Assembly (NCBI GenBank): GCA_026004535.1
Contig: BPJI01000001.1
Location: 431,424-495,423 of the forward strand
Reading direction: 5' to 3'
DNA length: 64,000 bases
Source: Candidatus Parcubacteria bacterium
GTDB taxonomy: Bacteria > Patescibacteriota > Minisyncoccia > UBA6257 > HR35
The position numbers were made by a program, and so were the translations under genes. Numbering within the stretch: position 1 is the first letter of the stretch; the number at the start of each line of letters is the position of its first letter. Under the pieces are notes generated by a model. It saw only the letters and a list, made by a program, of their open reading frames with translations. It was not told the DNA's origin and did not search any database. Of the stretch, positions 1 through 9,332 are shown piece by piece.

Positions 1-168
1 GAGGCCTATAATAATTTAGGAAATGCTCTTTTTAAACTTAATCGTTACGAAGAAGCAATTGAAGCCTTTGAAAATTTCATTAAATTAGCAGATAGGGAAA
101 AATATAAATCTCTAATAAAAGATGTTATAAAGTTAATTGTACAATTAAGAGAACAATTGAAAAAATAA
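1..168 (+). CDS. C-terminal end of a TPR-repeat protein (partial; start lies outside the window)
   Basis: Frame-1 translation to the stop at 166-168 reads EAYNNLGNALFKLNRYEEAIEAFENFIKLADREKY..., a TPR-like helical repeat. Confidence 0.35.
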   Translation, partial: EAYNNLGNALFKLNRYEEAIEAFENFIKLADREKYKSLIKDVIKLIVQLREQLKK

Positions 169-200
169 AATATCGCTTCTATTTTTAAAAGACTATTTTA

Positions 201-1664
201 TCAAACTTTATATTTTTTCTTTATTTCTTCTTCTTTTTGTCTTTCGATTGATTCTATTTTTTCTTCGCCAATCAAAGCTAATTCTTTTAATTTCTCATCT
301 GGTAAGTCTTTTAATTCTTTAGCTCTTTCAATTAAATATTCCTTGTTATTTTTAGTTGGATCATCAATAACTTCTTCTAATAAAGCTTTCAAGATCCAAC
401 CAATTTTAGGACCATGAGGAACGCCTAGATTCAACAAATCATAACCATTGATATTTAACATTTTCGGAGTGATTGGCTCTAAATGAACTTTTTCAATTAA
501 ATATCTTAAATATCTAAGTCGATAAGGTTCAGCTTTGGGAACTCCAGAACCAATTCTATCAGCGTGTCTTAACTTAAATAAATCCTCCAAATTTTCTTGG
601 CCAACACGTCTAACTAAACGACGAACAGCAGCTGGAGTTACTTTATCAATTTCTAAATAAAACATATGCTGACTTACAAGGTGAGTAACTTTTTTAATAA
701 TTTCATTTGAATATCTCAATCTTTCTAAAATTCTTTTTGTGATTTTAGCTCCTAAAATTTCATGACCATAAAAAGTACAATTAGGTCCTTCGCCTTGTTT
801 AGTTAAAGGTTTGGCAATATCATGGAACAAAACAGCCAATCTTAAATATAAGGGATAATTTTTTTTAACTGCATAATCCAAGGACTTTAAAGAATGAAGA
901 TAGACATCATATTTATGGTGTTTATTTTGGCCAACACCATAACATCTATCTAATTCTGGCAAAATTTCCTTTAATAAATTGGTTTGTCTTAAAAGTTCAA
1001 TGCCAATAACAGCATTTCGACTCATTATAATTCGATTAAATTCATCTCTAATTCTTTCATGAGCTATGTATTGAATTAGATAAGCAAATTTTTGGATTGC
1101 TTTAAAAGTTTTTGTCTCAATTGTAAAATTTAATTCACAAGCTAATCTAATAGCCCTCATTAATCTTAAAGCATCTTCACGAAATCTTTTTTCAGGATCA
1201 CCAACTGTTCTGATGATTTTATTTTTTAAATCTTTAATCCCATCAAAAAGATCAATAATATCTCCATCAATACTTAGAGCTAAAGCATTAATAGTAAAAT
1301 CTCGGCGCTGAAGATCTGTTTCTAAATCTTTAATAAAAATGACCTCTTCTGGCCGACGTAAATCACGATATTCTTTTTCTTGACGAAAGGTTGTAACTTC
1401 AATTACTCTTAGGGTTTCGTCTTCGGAATTAGTTTTAATACCTACAGTACCGAACCTATTTTCGTAGAAAGCATTAGGAAAAATTTTTAAAATTTCCTCA
1501 GGTAAGGCATCAGTTGTAATATCCCAATCTTTTGGCTTACGATCAAGTAAAAGATCACGAACACAACCACCAACAAGAAAAGCCTGATAGTTATGATCAA
1601 TTAATTTTTGCCAGATTTGTAGAACTTCTGAGGGCAGGGAAGAGATTTGGATTTTTTTTAACAT
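201..1664 (-). CDS. cca: CCA-adding tRNA nucleotidyltransferase with HD domain
   Basis: 487 aa. N-terminal GGCVRDLLL..DWD polymerase-beta nucleotidyltransferase motif, plus an HD phosphohydrolase region. Confidence 0.85.
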   Translation of the reverse strand: MLKKIQISSLPSEVLQIWQKLIDHNYQAFLVGGCVRDLLLDRKPKDWDITTDALPEEILKIFPNAFYENRFGTVGIKTNSEDETLRVIEVTTFRQEKEYRDLRRPEEVIFIKDLETDLQRRDFTINALALSIDGDIIDLFDGIKDLKNKIIRTVGDPEKRFREDALRLMRAIRLACELNFTIETKTFKAIQKFAYLIQYIAHERIRDEFNRIIMSRNAVIGIELLRQTNLLKEILPELDRCYGVGQNKHHKYDVYLHSLKSLDYAVKKNYPLYLRLAVLFHDIAKPLTKQGEGPNCTFYGHEILGAKITKRILERLRYSNEIIKKVTHLVSQHMFYLEIDKVTPAAVRRLVRRVGQENLEDLFKLRHADRIGSGVPKAEPYRLRYLRYLIEKVHLEPITPKMLNINGYDLLNLGVPHGPKIGWILKALLEEVIDDPTKNNKEYLIERAKELKDLPDEKLKELALIGEEKIESIERQKEEEIKKKYKV

Positions 1665-1674
1665 TGTTTTGTTA

Positions 1675-1745
1675 AGCGGGATACGGGAATTGAACCCGTG
1701 TCTCCACCATGGGAAGGTGGCGTTGAGCCACTCAACTAATCCCGC
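1675..1745 (-). tRNA. tRNA-Gly (anticodon CCC)
   Basis: The reverse complement folds as a cloverleaf: acceptor GCGGGAT/ATCCCGC, D stem GTTG/CAAC, anticodon stem CCACC/GGTGG with loop TTCCCAT, and a GTTCAATTC T arm. Confidence 0.8.
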
Positions 1746-1918
1746 TTTAATTAGATTATATCATACATTCTTTTACATTATTAACTTTAAATTATCATAA
1801 TATAAATAATATAATTTATTACACTTGATTTTTAAAAAATTTTAGGATAAAATTATAAAAATTTAAAACCTATTTAATTTTGTAAAAAAAAATTAATTTT
1901 GTAAAAAATAAAAAATGG

Positions 1919-2296
1919 ATGGCAAAGAAGATAATAATAGGTACAAATTTGATATTAGATATTATCAATGTAGACTCTGCTGTTTTGAGTAAGAGAAAAA
2001 ATATTTTAGACTTGCTTAAAAAATTAATTAAGGAAACTAAATCAACTCCTGTCTCTAAACCATTCATCAAAAAAATAAAATCACCTAAATACCCTTATGA
2101 AGGTTATTCAGTTATTCAAATTATTCAAGAAAGTCATATTGCTATTCATACTTGGCCTGAATATAATTATCTAGCTATTGACATTTTTTCCTGTAAGAAA
2201 ATTAATGAGAATAAAATAATCTTTATTTTAAAGAAGATATTTAGCAAAAATACAAGAATTAAAGTAAAAATTTATCAAAGAATAGCCGAGTATTAA
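1919..2296 (+). CDS. speH: S-adenosylmethionine decarboxylase proenzyme (class 1, pyruvoyl-dependent)
   Basis: 125 aa. Carries [11 protein letters not shown]...AIDIFSC, the AdoMetDC self-cleavage (ES) and active-site Cys region. Confidence 0.75.
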   Translation: MAKKIIIGTNLILDIINVDSAVLSKRKNILDLLKKLIKETKSTPVSKPFIKKIKSPKYPYEGYSVIQIIQESHIAIHTWPEYNYLAIDIFSCKKINENKIIFILKKIFSKNTRIKVKIYQRIAEY

Positions 2297-2625
2297 TTTT
2301 AGTTCGTAAAACAATTATTTTGCGAATTTATAAATGTTCTCTCTTAAAAAAAGCTTATTTAATTGGAATTAATTGAATCTCCATCTTTTTACCTACTCTC
2401 AAGTTCTTTCCCAAATTTTTAATCAATCATTTGATCATTTGATATTGATATTTGCGGTTCTCGTAGTAAAAGTTAAACCACAGCAATTTTAATAAAAATT
2501 TTTAGAGACACCAGCTATGATACCACAGTTCTCGTTGGTTCAGAAATTATAGAATAGAAAAGCAATGTTTTGTTAGGCAAAAATTTTAAATTGGTAGTCA
2601 TAACTAACTTCCGAGTTGGTGATGT

Positions 2626-2835
2626 TTATAAAATTTTAGAAGCCCTTAAAAGTTCAATTATTTGATCAATATCTTTTTCTTCAATAGGCAGCTTAATTTC
2701 GGTTGGTTGATGTTGTTTGAAGTAAATTTCATTTCCCTGCCCTATTTTTTGAGCTAAAAAAAATATTGTTAAACCATTAATCAGAATCACAACTGAAATA
2801 TAAATAATCATTATGGCTAATTTTGCTTTTTTCAT
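2626..2835 (-). CDS. hypothetical small membrane protein
   Basis: 69-aa ORF with one TM helix. Its start overlaps the upstream gene's stop (ATGA). Confidence 0.3.
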   Translation of the reverse strand: MKKAKLAIMIIYISVVILINGLTIFFLAQKIGQGNEIYFKQHQPTEIKLPIEEKDIDQIIELLRASKIL

Positions 2836-3356
2836 TTTGTCTGTAAATTTAATTCAATATTCAAATTATTGTTAATTTTATCAATTTTAAAATTGATTGT
2901 TTGCCAAATTAAACCACTTTCAATCATAAAATTGGAAAATTTTTCCAAATCGCTCTCGGGCAACTGAAAAATAAAAGTTAATTTTTTTTCTTGTTGATTA
3001 AAACTTGTTGTTTGAATTGACCAATTCTCTTTTTGTAATTTTTCATTAACCAAATTTTTAGTTGTCTCAAAATCTCGATCTAATTTTTGATTAGCTTCAA
3101 ATAAAATTGTTTTTAATTCCTTACCAGTTTTTTGTTCAATCAAACTAACTATCTTTTTTATTTTATTTTGACTTTCAATTGTCGCTTGGTTTTGAATCAA
3201 TTTTTCTTTTAAATTATTAATCTCGTTTATTTTTGCCAAAGTTTTTTGGGAATAAAAATTAAGTATAAAAAAATAACCAACAGTTATCAGAAGAAAAATA
3301 AGAGTAAAAACAGCTATCTTTAAATAAATTTTATTTAATGTCTGATTATGGCCCAT
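2832..3356 (-). CDS. hypothetical membrane-anchored coiled-coil protein
   Basis: 174 aa with an N-terminal TM helix and a K/E/Q-rich coiled coil. It resembles PilN/PilO-type assembly proteins only in architecture. Confidence 0.35.
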   Translation of the reverse strand: MGHNQTLNKIYLKIAVFTLIFLLITVGYFFILNFYSQKTLAKINEINNLKEKLIQNQATIESQNKIKKIVSLIEQKTGKELKTILFEANQKLDRDFETTKNLVNEKLQKENWSIQTTSFNQQEKKLTFIFQLPESDLEKFSNFMIESGLIWQTINFKIDKINNNLNIELNLQTK

Positions 3357-3360
3357 TAAT

Positions 3361-3530
3361 TATTCATTACCCGGATATGGAACGGATAAATTAACTGGAT
3401 GTAAACCGGATGATATTATTAATTATTTTTACTCGGATTTACACCGGATAAACTACCCTGATTATAACCGGATATATCTGGTATTCATCCGGGTAATTAA
3501 TCAGGTATTTAATCCGGGTAATCTATTTAA
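3361..3530. repeat. ccggat-word repeat element (direct block, then inverted atccggg block)
   Basis: About a dozen (a)cccggat / aaccggat words at ~11-13 nt spacing, followed by the reverse-complement words catccgggtaa / aatccgggtaa. Confidence 0.8.
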
Positions 3531-5432
3531 TTATAACTCTTTTTCTTTAATTTCAACAAAAATTTCTAATTCCTCTTTAGTAATTATCTCTTCTTTAATT
3601 TTACCTAAATGTTCTAAGGGCGTAGCGAAAATTTCCTTGATAATTGCTCGAGGATTAATTTTGTTTTTCTTATTAAATTCCATTTGATATTTTCTTCTTC
3701 TTTGGGTTTCCTTTATGGCAGCTTCTAATGATTTGGTTATTTTATCAGCATACAAAATTACTTTACCTTCTAAATGACGAGCACTTCTCCCGATTGCTTG
3801 GATTAATGTTGTTGTATTTCTTAGAAATCCTTCGCGGTCAGCATCTAAGATAGCTACTAAGGAAACTTCAGGCAAATCTAATCCTTCTCTTAGAAGATTA
3901 ACTCCGACCAAAACCTCAATTTCGCCTGTTCTTAATTTTTTTATAATCTCTGCTCTTTTTAAGGTTTTAATATCTGAATGTAAATAGTTCGCTTTAATTC
4001 CCTGCTCTAATAAAAATTCAGTTAAATTTTCGGCTGATCTTTTAGTTAAAGTTAAAACCAAAACTCTTTGATTTTTATCAAGTCTTTCTTTTATCTCTTT
4101 TAATAAATCTAAAACTTGATTTTTAGTTGGTCGCACTTCAATTTCTGGATCTAAAATACCTGTTGGCCTTACTAGTTGTTCAACGATCTGCGAAGAAATT
4201 TTTCTTTCAAAAGGTCCAGGAGTTGCTGAAACAAAAATAATCTGGAAATTTTTATTGAAAAATTCATCAAATGTTAAAGGCCGATTATCGATTGCTGAAG
4301 GTAATCTCCAGCCATATTCAACTAAAATTTCTTTTCTTTTTCGATCACCATTAGCCATTGCTCTTAATTGAGGAATGGCTAAGTGCGATTCATCAATAAA
4401 CAAAATTGTTTCTGATGGTAAATAATCTAATAAAGTATATGGTGGTTCACCTGGATTTCGAAAAGATAAATGCCTTGAATAATTTTCAATTCCAGAACAA
4501 TAACCATATTTTTCTAAAAGATGAATATCTAACAAGGTTCTTTGTTTAATTCTTTCAGCTTCAACAATTCTTCCCTGCTCCAAAAATTGCCAATATCTTT
4601 CTTTTAATTCTTGTTTGATATTTAAGATAGCAATGTCTAATTTTTCTTTGGGGGTGACAAAAAATTTAGCTGGAAAGATTTTAATATATTCTAATTCTTC
4701 ATAATCTCCAGTTATTTCTAATTTAAAAACATCCTCTCTTGATTTTTTGATTGTAAATTTTTTAATTGATTTTATGATTTTGTTTTGCCATTTAATTTCT
4801 AACATATAACTTCCGTCAGGGTTAAAAATGTAAATTCCTGAATTTTCTCGGTCATAAATATATGTTCCTGATCTGATTGTATTCAAACTTCCTTTTTCAT
4901 ATTGTAATGTTTTTAAATAATCAATAACATCTTTAAGGGAAATTTTTTGGCCAACATTTAAATTTAAACAAATATTTTTATATTCTTCAGGATCACCAAT
5001 GCCATAAATACAACTAATTGAGGAGACAATAATAAAATCTTTTCTAGTTAAAACACTTTCAATGGCAGCATGACGAAGTTGATCTAAAAGCTCATTAATT
5101 CTTGCATCTTTAGCAATATAAATATCTGTTTCAGGTAAATAAGCTTCCGGCTGGTAATAATCATAATAACTAACAAAATAATGAACTGCATTTTCAGGAA
5201 AGAAATATTTAAATTCTTGATAAAGTTGAGCCGCCAAAACTTTATTAGGTGAAAGAACCAAAGCAGGCCTTTGAGTTTTATAAATAACATTAGCCATAGA
5301 AAATGTTTTTCCACTGCCAGTCACTCCTAAAAGTGTTTGAAATCTATAATTTTTATTCAATCCGGCAACTAACTTTCTAATTGCTTGAGGCTGATCTCCA
5401 GATGGTTTGTAATCCGAAATCAATTTGAACAT
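3531..5432 (-). CDS. uvrB: excinuclease ABC subunit B
   Basis: 633 aa. Walker A GVTGSGKTF, UvrB helicase motifs and a C-terminal UVR-like helix. Confidence 0.9.
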   Translation of the reverse strand: MFKLISDYKPSGDQPQAIRKLVAGLNKNYRFQTLLGVTGSGKTFSMANVIYKTQRPALVLSPNKVLAAQLYQEFKYFFPENAVHYFVSYYDYYQPEAYLPETDIYIAKDARINELLDQLRHAAIESVLTRKDFIIVSSISCIYGIGDPEEYKNICLNLNVGQKISLKDVIDYLKTLQYEKGSLNTIRSGTYIYDRENSGIYIFNPDGSYMLEIKWQNKIIKSIKKFTIKKSREDVFKLEITGDYEELEYIKIFPAKFFVTPKEKLDIAILNIKQELKERYWQFLEQGRIVEAERIKQRTLLDIHLLEKYGYCSGIENYSRHLSFRNPGEPPYTLLDYLPSETILFIDESHLAIPQLRAMANGDRKRKEILVEYGWRLPSAIDNRPLTFDEFFNKNFQIIFVSATPGPFERKISSQIVEQLVRPTGILDPEIEVRPTKNQVLDLLKEIKERLDKNQRVLVLTLTKRSAENLTEFLLEQGIKANYLHSDIKTLKRAEIIKKLRTGEIEVLVGVNLLREGLDLPEVSLVAILDADREGFLRNTTTLIQAIGRSARHLEGKVILYADKITKSLEAAIKETQRRRKYQMEFNKKNKINPRAIIKEIFATPLEHLGKIKEEIITKEELEIFVEIKEKEL

Positions 5433-5439
5433 GATATAA

Positions 5440-5530
5440 TTATATCACTGACATTGAACTAACAGAACTGACACTGAAACTTACAGAATTAATATAATCT
5501 AAGTTCCATAAGTTCTGCGTTTGTATATTC
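5440..5530. repeat. cagaac/gttctg-word repeat element in the uvrB / phosphohexomutase divergent intergenic region
   Basis: The words aacagaactgacactgaaacttacagaatt are followed by inverted ttccataagttctgcg. Confidence 0.6.
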
Positions 5531-5534
5531 CAAA

Positions 5535-6947
5535 ATGCTCTTAACTGGTTATGATTTAAGAGGTATTTTTAAAAAAGAATTGACTTTTGATGTTATTTAT
5601 CAAGCAACTAAACAGTTTTTTAAGAAATTAAAAATTAGAAAAGCCATTTTGGCTGTTGATGCAAATAGAAATAATTTTTTAATTAAAGATTTCTTAGAAA
5701 GAAATTTCAATCTTGAGTTTATTGGCGTTCTACCAACGCCAATTTTTTATTATAAAGTCATTAAAATAAAAATTCCTGGAATTATGATTACTGCTTCTCA
5801 TTTGCCTTTAAAATATTCGGGGTTGAAATTTATTTTAGAAAATGGCGAACCGTGGAAACCTTATATTAGCGCGTTGCCTTCGGGTCATACCCCCGAAGCC
5901 CACAGCCCTCGGAGTGCTATCGTACGCACCTCTGCCGGAATGACCCTCAGGCAAACGCGCCGGATAATTAATTTACAAAAGCACCAGATAATTAAGGAAT
6001 ATTTTAAAACTTTATTTTCTATCATCAAACCGAAAAAGAAAATTTTTGTTTGTTTTGATAAGAAAAATTTTTTTCTTAATGCTTCCCTACCCTATTTTGA
6101 AAAATTAAAAATTTTTCATCAAGATAATTCTCCAATTAAGATTAAATCTGATTTAGACAATGACAGAATTTTTGTTTATCTTAAAAAAAGAAAAATTCAT
6201 AATGATTTAATTTTTTATTATTTAGCTCTTTTGCCTCAATATAAGAAATTGGCTGTGCCAATATTTTTCAGTCAAAAACTAAGACAAGAACTTATTAAAA
6301 AAGGTAAGAAGATTTATTTTATTCCAACTGGACACTATTATTTCAAAAAAGCATTCAAAAAATATAATTTAGACTTAGGTTTTGAACCAAGTGGTCATTT
6401 TTATATGTTTAAAGATTTAAAAACAGAATCGCCCTATTTGGCCTTAGGTTTATTTTTACATTTATTAGCAGAACTTACGGACCTAACACAGACAGAACGG
6501 ACCAAACAGAGAATAGCCTTGGAGGAAATTTTAAAATTAAATAATTCACTTCAACTTTATCGTTTTGATATTAAGAAAATACAATCAGAAGAAAATGTTG
6601 TCTCTTTTTTGAAGAAGAGATATAAGTTAAAATTAAAAAAGTTTGACGGTTATTTATTATTTCCAAAGGAAAAAACAGAACTTACAAAACTAACACAGAA
6701 TTTAAATAAAAATACTATCGCAGAACTTACTGAACTAACACAGAACTTACAGAAAAATACTACCTCAGAAATTGCAGAACTAACACAGAACTCGCAGAAA
6801 AATTCAGTGAGTTCTGCGTCAGTTCAGCATGGTTCTGCGTTCTACCTGTATTTAAGGAAAAGCAAAACAGAAAATAAATTAAGAGTATCTTTTGAAGGCG
6901 ACAAAAAAATTCTCAAAGAAATAAAACAATGGCTCATGAAGATTTAA
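5535..6947 (+). CDS. phosphoglucomutase/phosphomannomutase-family protein carrying in-frame repeat insertions
   Basis: TASHLP (active-site Ser, SHNP-like) and GFEPSGH (GEESGH-like) phosphohexomutase motifs. Interrupted by a GC-rich ~100-nt insert and by ELTxLTQN repeat blocks. Confidence 0.6.
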   Translation: MLLTGYDLRGIFKKELTFDVIYQATKQFFKKLKIRKAILAVDANRNNFLIKDFLERNFNLEFIGVLPTPIFYYKVIKIKIPGIMITASHLPLKYSGLKFILENGEPWKPYISALPSGHTPEAHSPRSAIVRTSAGMTLRQTRRIINLQKHQIIKEYFKTLFSIIKPKKKIFVCFDKKNFFLNASLPYFEKLKIFHQDNSPIKIKSDLDNDRIFVYLKKRKIHNDLIFYYLALLPQYKKLAVPIFFSQKLRQELIKKGKKIYFIPTGHYYFKKAFKKYNLDLGFEPSGHFYMFKDLKTESPYLALGLFLHLLAELTDLTQTERTKQRIALEEILKLNNSLQLYRFDIKKIQSEENVVSFLKKRYKLKLKKFDGYLLFPKEKTELTKLTQNLNKNTIAELTELTQNLQKNTTSEIAELTQNSQKNSVSSASVQHGSAFYLYLRKSKTENKLRVSFEGDKKILKEIKQWLMKI

Positions 6948-7933
6948 TGAAAAAAATTTTTAAGCTTTATCCTTTTATTGTTATTTTTGTTTTTATTATT
7001 TTGATTTCGCTTCATTTTGTTTATTCTGTTTTTGTTCCTTTGCTTATTGGTGAGAGAAAAGAAATTTATATTAATCCAGGAACAAAAATCTGGTTTTTAG
7101 CCCAAAATTTAGAAAAAAACGGTATTATTCGTTCTGCTTTTTATTTTAGATTTTTAGTTAATTTAAGAAATTCAAAAATCAAAGCTGGAATATATGAATT
7201 TAGTGGTTATTATAATTTATTAGATGTAATTCAAACTTTAGAAAAAGGAGGCCGAGGTGTAAAGATAACGATTATTGAGGGTTTAACTTTAAAAGAAATT
7301 GAAAAACTTTTAAAAGAAAAAGGATTTAATGTCGATCTGGCTAAATATAAATTAGCAGATTTCTCTGAAATTGATTTAAAAAATTATTTTCCGGCCGAAA
7401 GTAGTCTAGAAGGATTTTTAGCACCCGATACTTACGAATTCTTTCCTAATGATGATGAAAAAACAATTGTTCAAAAAATTTTAAAAAACTTTTCAAGAAA
7501 ATATTTACCTGAAATTTTAAAAGGAATGGATTTTAATTTATATCAAAGATTAATTTTAGCTTCAATAGTTGAAAAAGAGGCGAAGTATCAAGATGATTTT
7601 CCTATAATTGCTGGTATTTTGATTAAGAGACTAAAAAATAATAAACAATTAGAGGTTGATGCAGCTTTGGTTTATGAAAAATGTGGATTTGTTTTCTGTC
7701 AAGATGCTCTAAATAAAAAAGACCTTATTAAAGATTCTCCTTATAATACTTATAAAAAATTAGGCTTAACACCAACTCCGATTTCTAATCCTGGTATTTT
7801 AGCAATTAAATCAGTTAATAATCCCGTTCAGACTGATTATTGGTATTATCTAACTGATTCTGAAGGTCGAGCAATATTTGCTAAAACATTTAAAGAGCAT
7901 CAGGAAAACATTAAAAAATATCTAAAGAGATGA
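6929..7933 (+). CDS. mltG: endolytic murein transglycosylase MltG (YceG family)
   Basis: 334 aa. N-terminal TM helix, YceG fold, conserved LILASIVEKEA motif. Confidence 0.8.
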   Translation: MAHEDLMKKIFKLYPFIVIFVFIILISLHFVYSVFVPLLIGERKEIYINPGTKIWFLAQNLEKNGIIRSAFYFRFLVNLRNSKIKAGIYEFSGYYNLLDVIQTLEKGGRGVKITIIEGLTLKEIEKLLKEKGFNVDLAKYKLADFSEIDLKNYFPAESSLEGFLAPDTYEFFPNDDEKTIVQKILKNFSRKYLPEILKGMDFNLYQRLILASIVEKEAKYQDDFPIIAGILIKRLKNNKQLEVDAALVYEKCGFVFCQDALNKKDLIKDSPYNTYKKLGLTPTPISNPGILAIKSVNNPVQTDYWYYLTDSEGRAIFAKTFKEHQENIKKYLKR

Positions 7934-8775
7934 TTCCCAAGGGTTACTTAATCATCATTATAATCATTTTAGCAATTTTGTCAGTCTTTTCTTTAAGGAA
8001 AACCTACCAAGAGTTTGTTGTACCTAAGATTGGCGTTACTATTTACCCATTTTATGATATTGTTAAAGAAATTGTTGGCGATAAATATGAGGTTGTTTTA
8101 ATTACTCCTCCTGGTGCTGAACCTCATAATTATGAACTGAAAATAGAAGATGTTAAAAGACTTCGTGGTATTAAGATAGTTTTTGCTAATGGTTTAGGGA
8201 TTGATAGCTGGACAGAAAATTTGATTAAAAATTTTAAAGACGTAAAAACGGTTTACTTATATCAAGGTGTTGATTTAATTGAGCAGGATCCTCATTTTTG
8301 GCTTTCTTTAGAAAATATGAAAAAAATTGCGAAGATTGTCGAAAAAGAAATGGAAAACTTTGATAAAAAAAATAGAGAGTATTATCAAGAAAATTTAGAT
8401 AAAGTTTTAGAGAAAATAGAAAATCTACAAACAGAAGCAAAACAAACAGTTTTTTCAAATAAATTCATTATTACCCAACACAATGCTTTTAATTACTTAG
8501 CTAAGGAATTAAATTTAAATGTCGCCGGTTATTTAGAAGGAGAAAACAAAGAATTAACCCCAGCTGAACTTTCACAATTAATTAATAAAATAAGAATCTT
8601 AAATATAAAAGTAATTTTTAAAGAACCGGGCGAAGAAAGTAATCTTCTCAAAACTATTGCTCAGGAATTAAATTTAAAAATTTATGAATTAGACCCAATC
8701 GAAGGCAAAAGTGGTTTAAACTATTTTGACGCTTATAGAAAAAATATAGAAACTCTAAAACAAGCACTTCGATGA
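7930..8775 (+). CDS. znuA: metal (Zn/Mn) ABC transporter substrate-binding protein, ZnuA/TroA family
   Basis: 281 aa. Signal/TM N-terminus, PPGAEPHNYE metal-binding His motif, cluster-9 SBP fold. Confidence 0.75.
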   Translation: MIPKGYLIIIIIILAILSVFSLRKTYQEFVVPKIGVTIYPFYDIVKEIVGDKYEVVLITPPGAEPHNYELKIEDVKRLRGIKIVFANGLGIDSWTENLIKNFKDVKTVYLYQGVDLIEQDPHFWLSLENMKKIAKIVEKEMENFDKKNREYYQENLDKVLEKIENLQTEAKQTVFSNKFIITQHNAFNYLAKELNLNVAGYLEGENKELTPAELSQLINKIRILNIKVIFKEPGEESNLLKTIAQELNLKIYELDPIEGKSGLNYFDAYRKNIETLKQALR

Positions 8776-8776
8776 T

Positions 8777-8826
8777 TTCAACTAACCGTCTAACACGATA
8801 TAGCATCTTAAACAGTCAAATTAATG
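8777..8826. repeat. left copy of a ~46-50 bp direct repeat flanking the pilin cassette
   Basis: caactaaccgtctaacacgAtatagcaTCttaaacagtcaaatTaat, which matches 10675-10724 at roughly 46 of 50 positions. Confidence 0.75.
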
Positions 8827-8977
8827 TTTACGACGTCGTACGTCGTAAAGTAAATATAACGACGTGCGACGTCCAGATATTGAGAAAATAATATTTAGGA
8901 CATCGCACGTCTTAAATTATTTTCCGTGTCCGATTCCGTTCATTTCGCCTTTAAATTTTAGCACAATTTTCCACATC

Positions 8978-9005
8978 TTGACATCATATTTTTTCTATTT
9001 ATAAT
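8978..9005 (+). promoter_or_regulatory. near-consensus sigma70-type promoter for the pilin gene
   Basis: TTGACA (8978-8983), 16-nt spacer, TATAAT (9000-9005), 7 nt upstream of the ATG at 9012. Confidence 0.5.
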
Positions 9006-9011
9006 TAAATT

Positions 9012-9332
9012 ATGAATAAAAAAATGAATAAATCCTTCACTTTAGTTGAACTTTTAGTTGTCTTAGCTCTAATAGCTATCTTAGCTACTGTCTTAATTGT
9101 TGTCATTAAGCCAGCAGATATCTTTAAAAGAGGTAGAGATAGTCAAAGAACTTCAGACCTTAAAAATCTTGAAAAAATATTTGACCTTATTCTTTTTGAA
9201 ACTCAAGGCACCTTTTCTGAACTTCAATATGCTTCCTCAAATGTTGTCTATATCTCTCTTCCTGATACTTCATCAACTTGTGGTCAATGGATAAGTCAAT
9301 TACCACAGCTTCCTTCAGGCTGGTCATATTGA
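9012..9332 (+). CDS. type IV pilin-like protein (prepilin N-terminal methylation domain); the ORF ends at an in-frame TGA
   Basis: N-terminus MNKKMNKSFTLVELLVVLALIAILA is a class III signal with the conserved Glu5. The same frame continues with no further stop into the LamG domain downstream. Confidence 0.7.
   Translation: MNKKMNKSFTLVELLVVLALIAILATVLIVVIKPADIFKRGRDSQRTSDLKNLEKIFDLILFETQGTFSELQYASSNVVYISLPDTSSTCGQWISQLPQLPSGWSY

Noticed and set aside
5858-5962. A group I or group II intron in the phosphohexomutase gene.
   Set aside because: About 100 nt is far too short. The segment is in frame with no stop and lacks intron core motifs. It is treated as an in-frame mini-insert instead.
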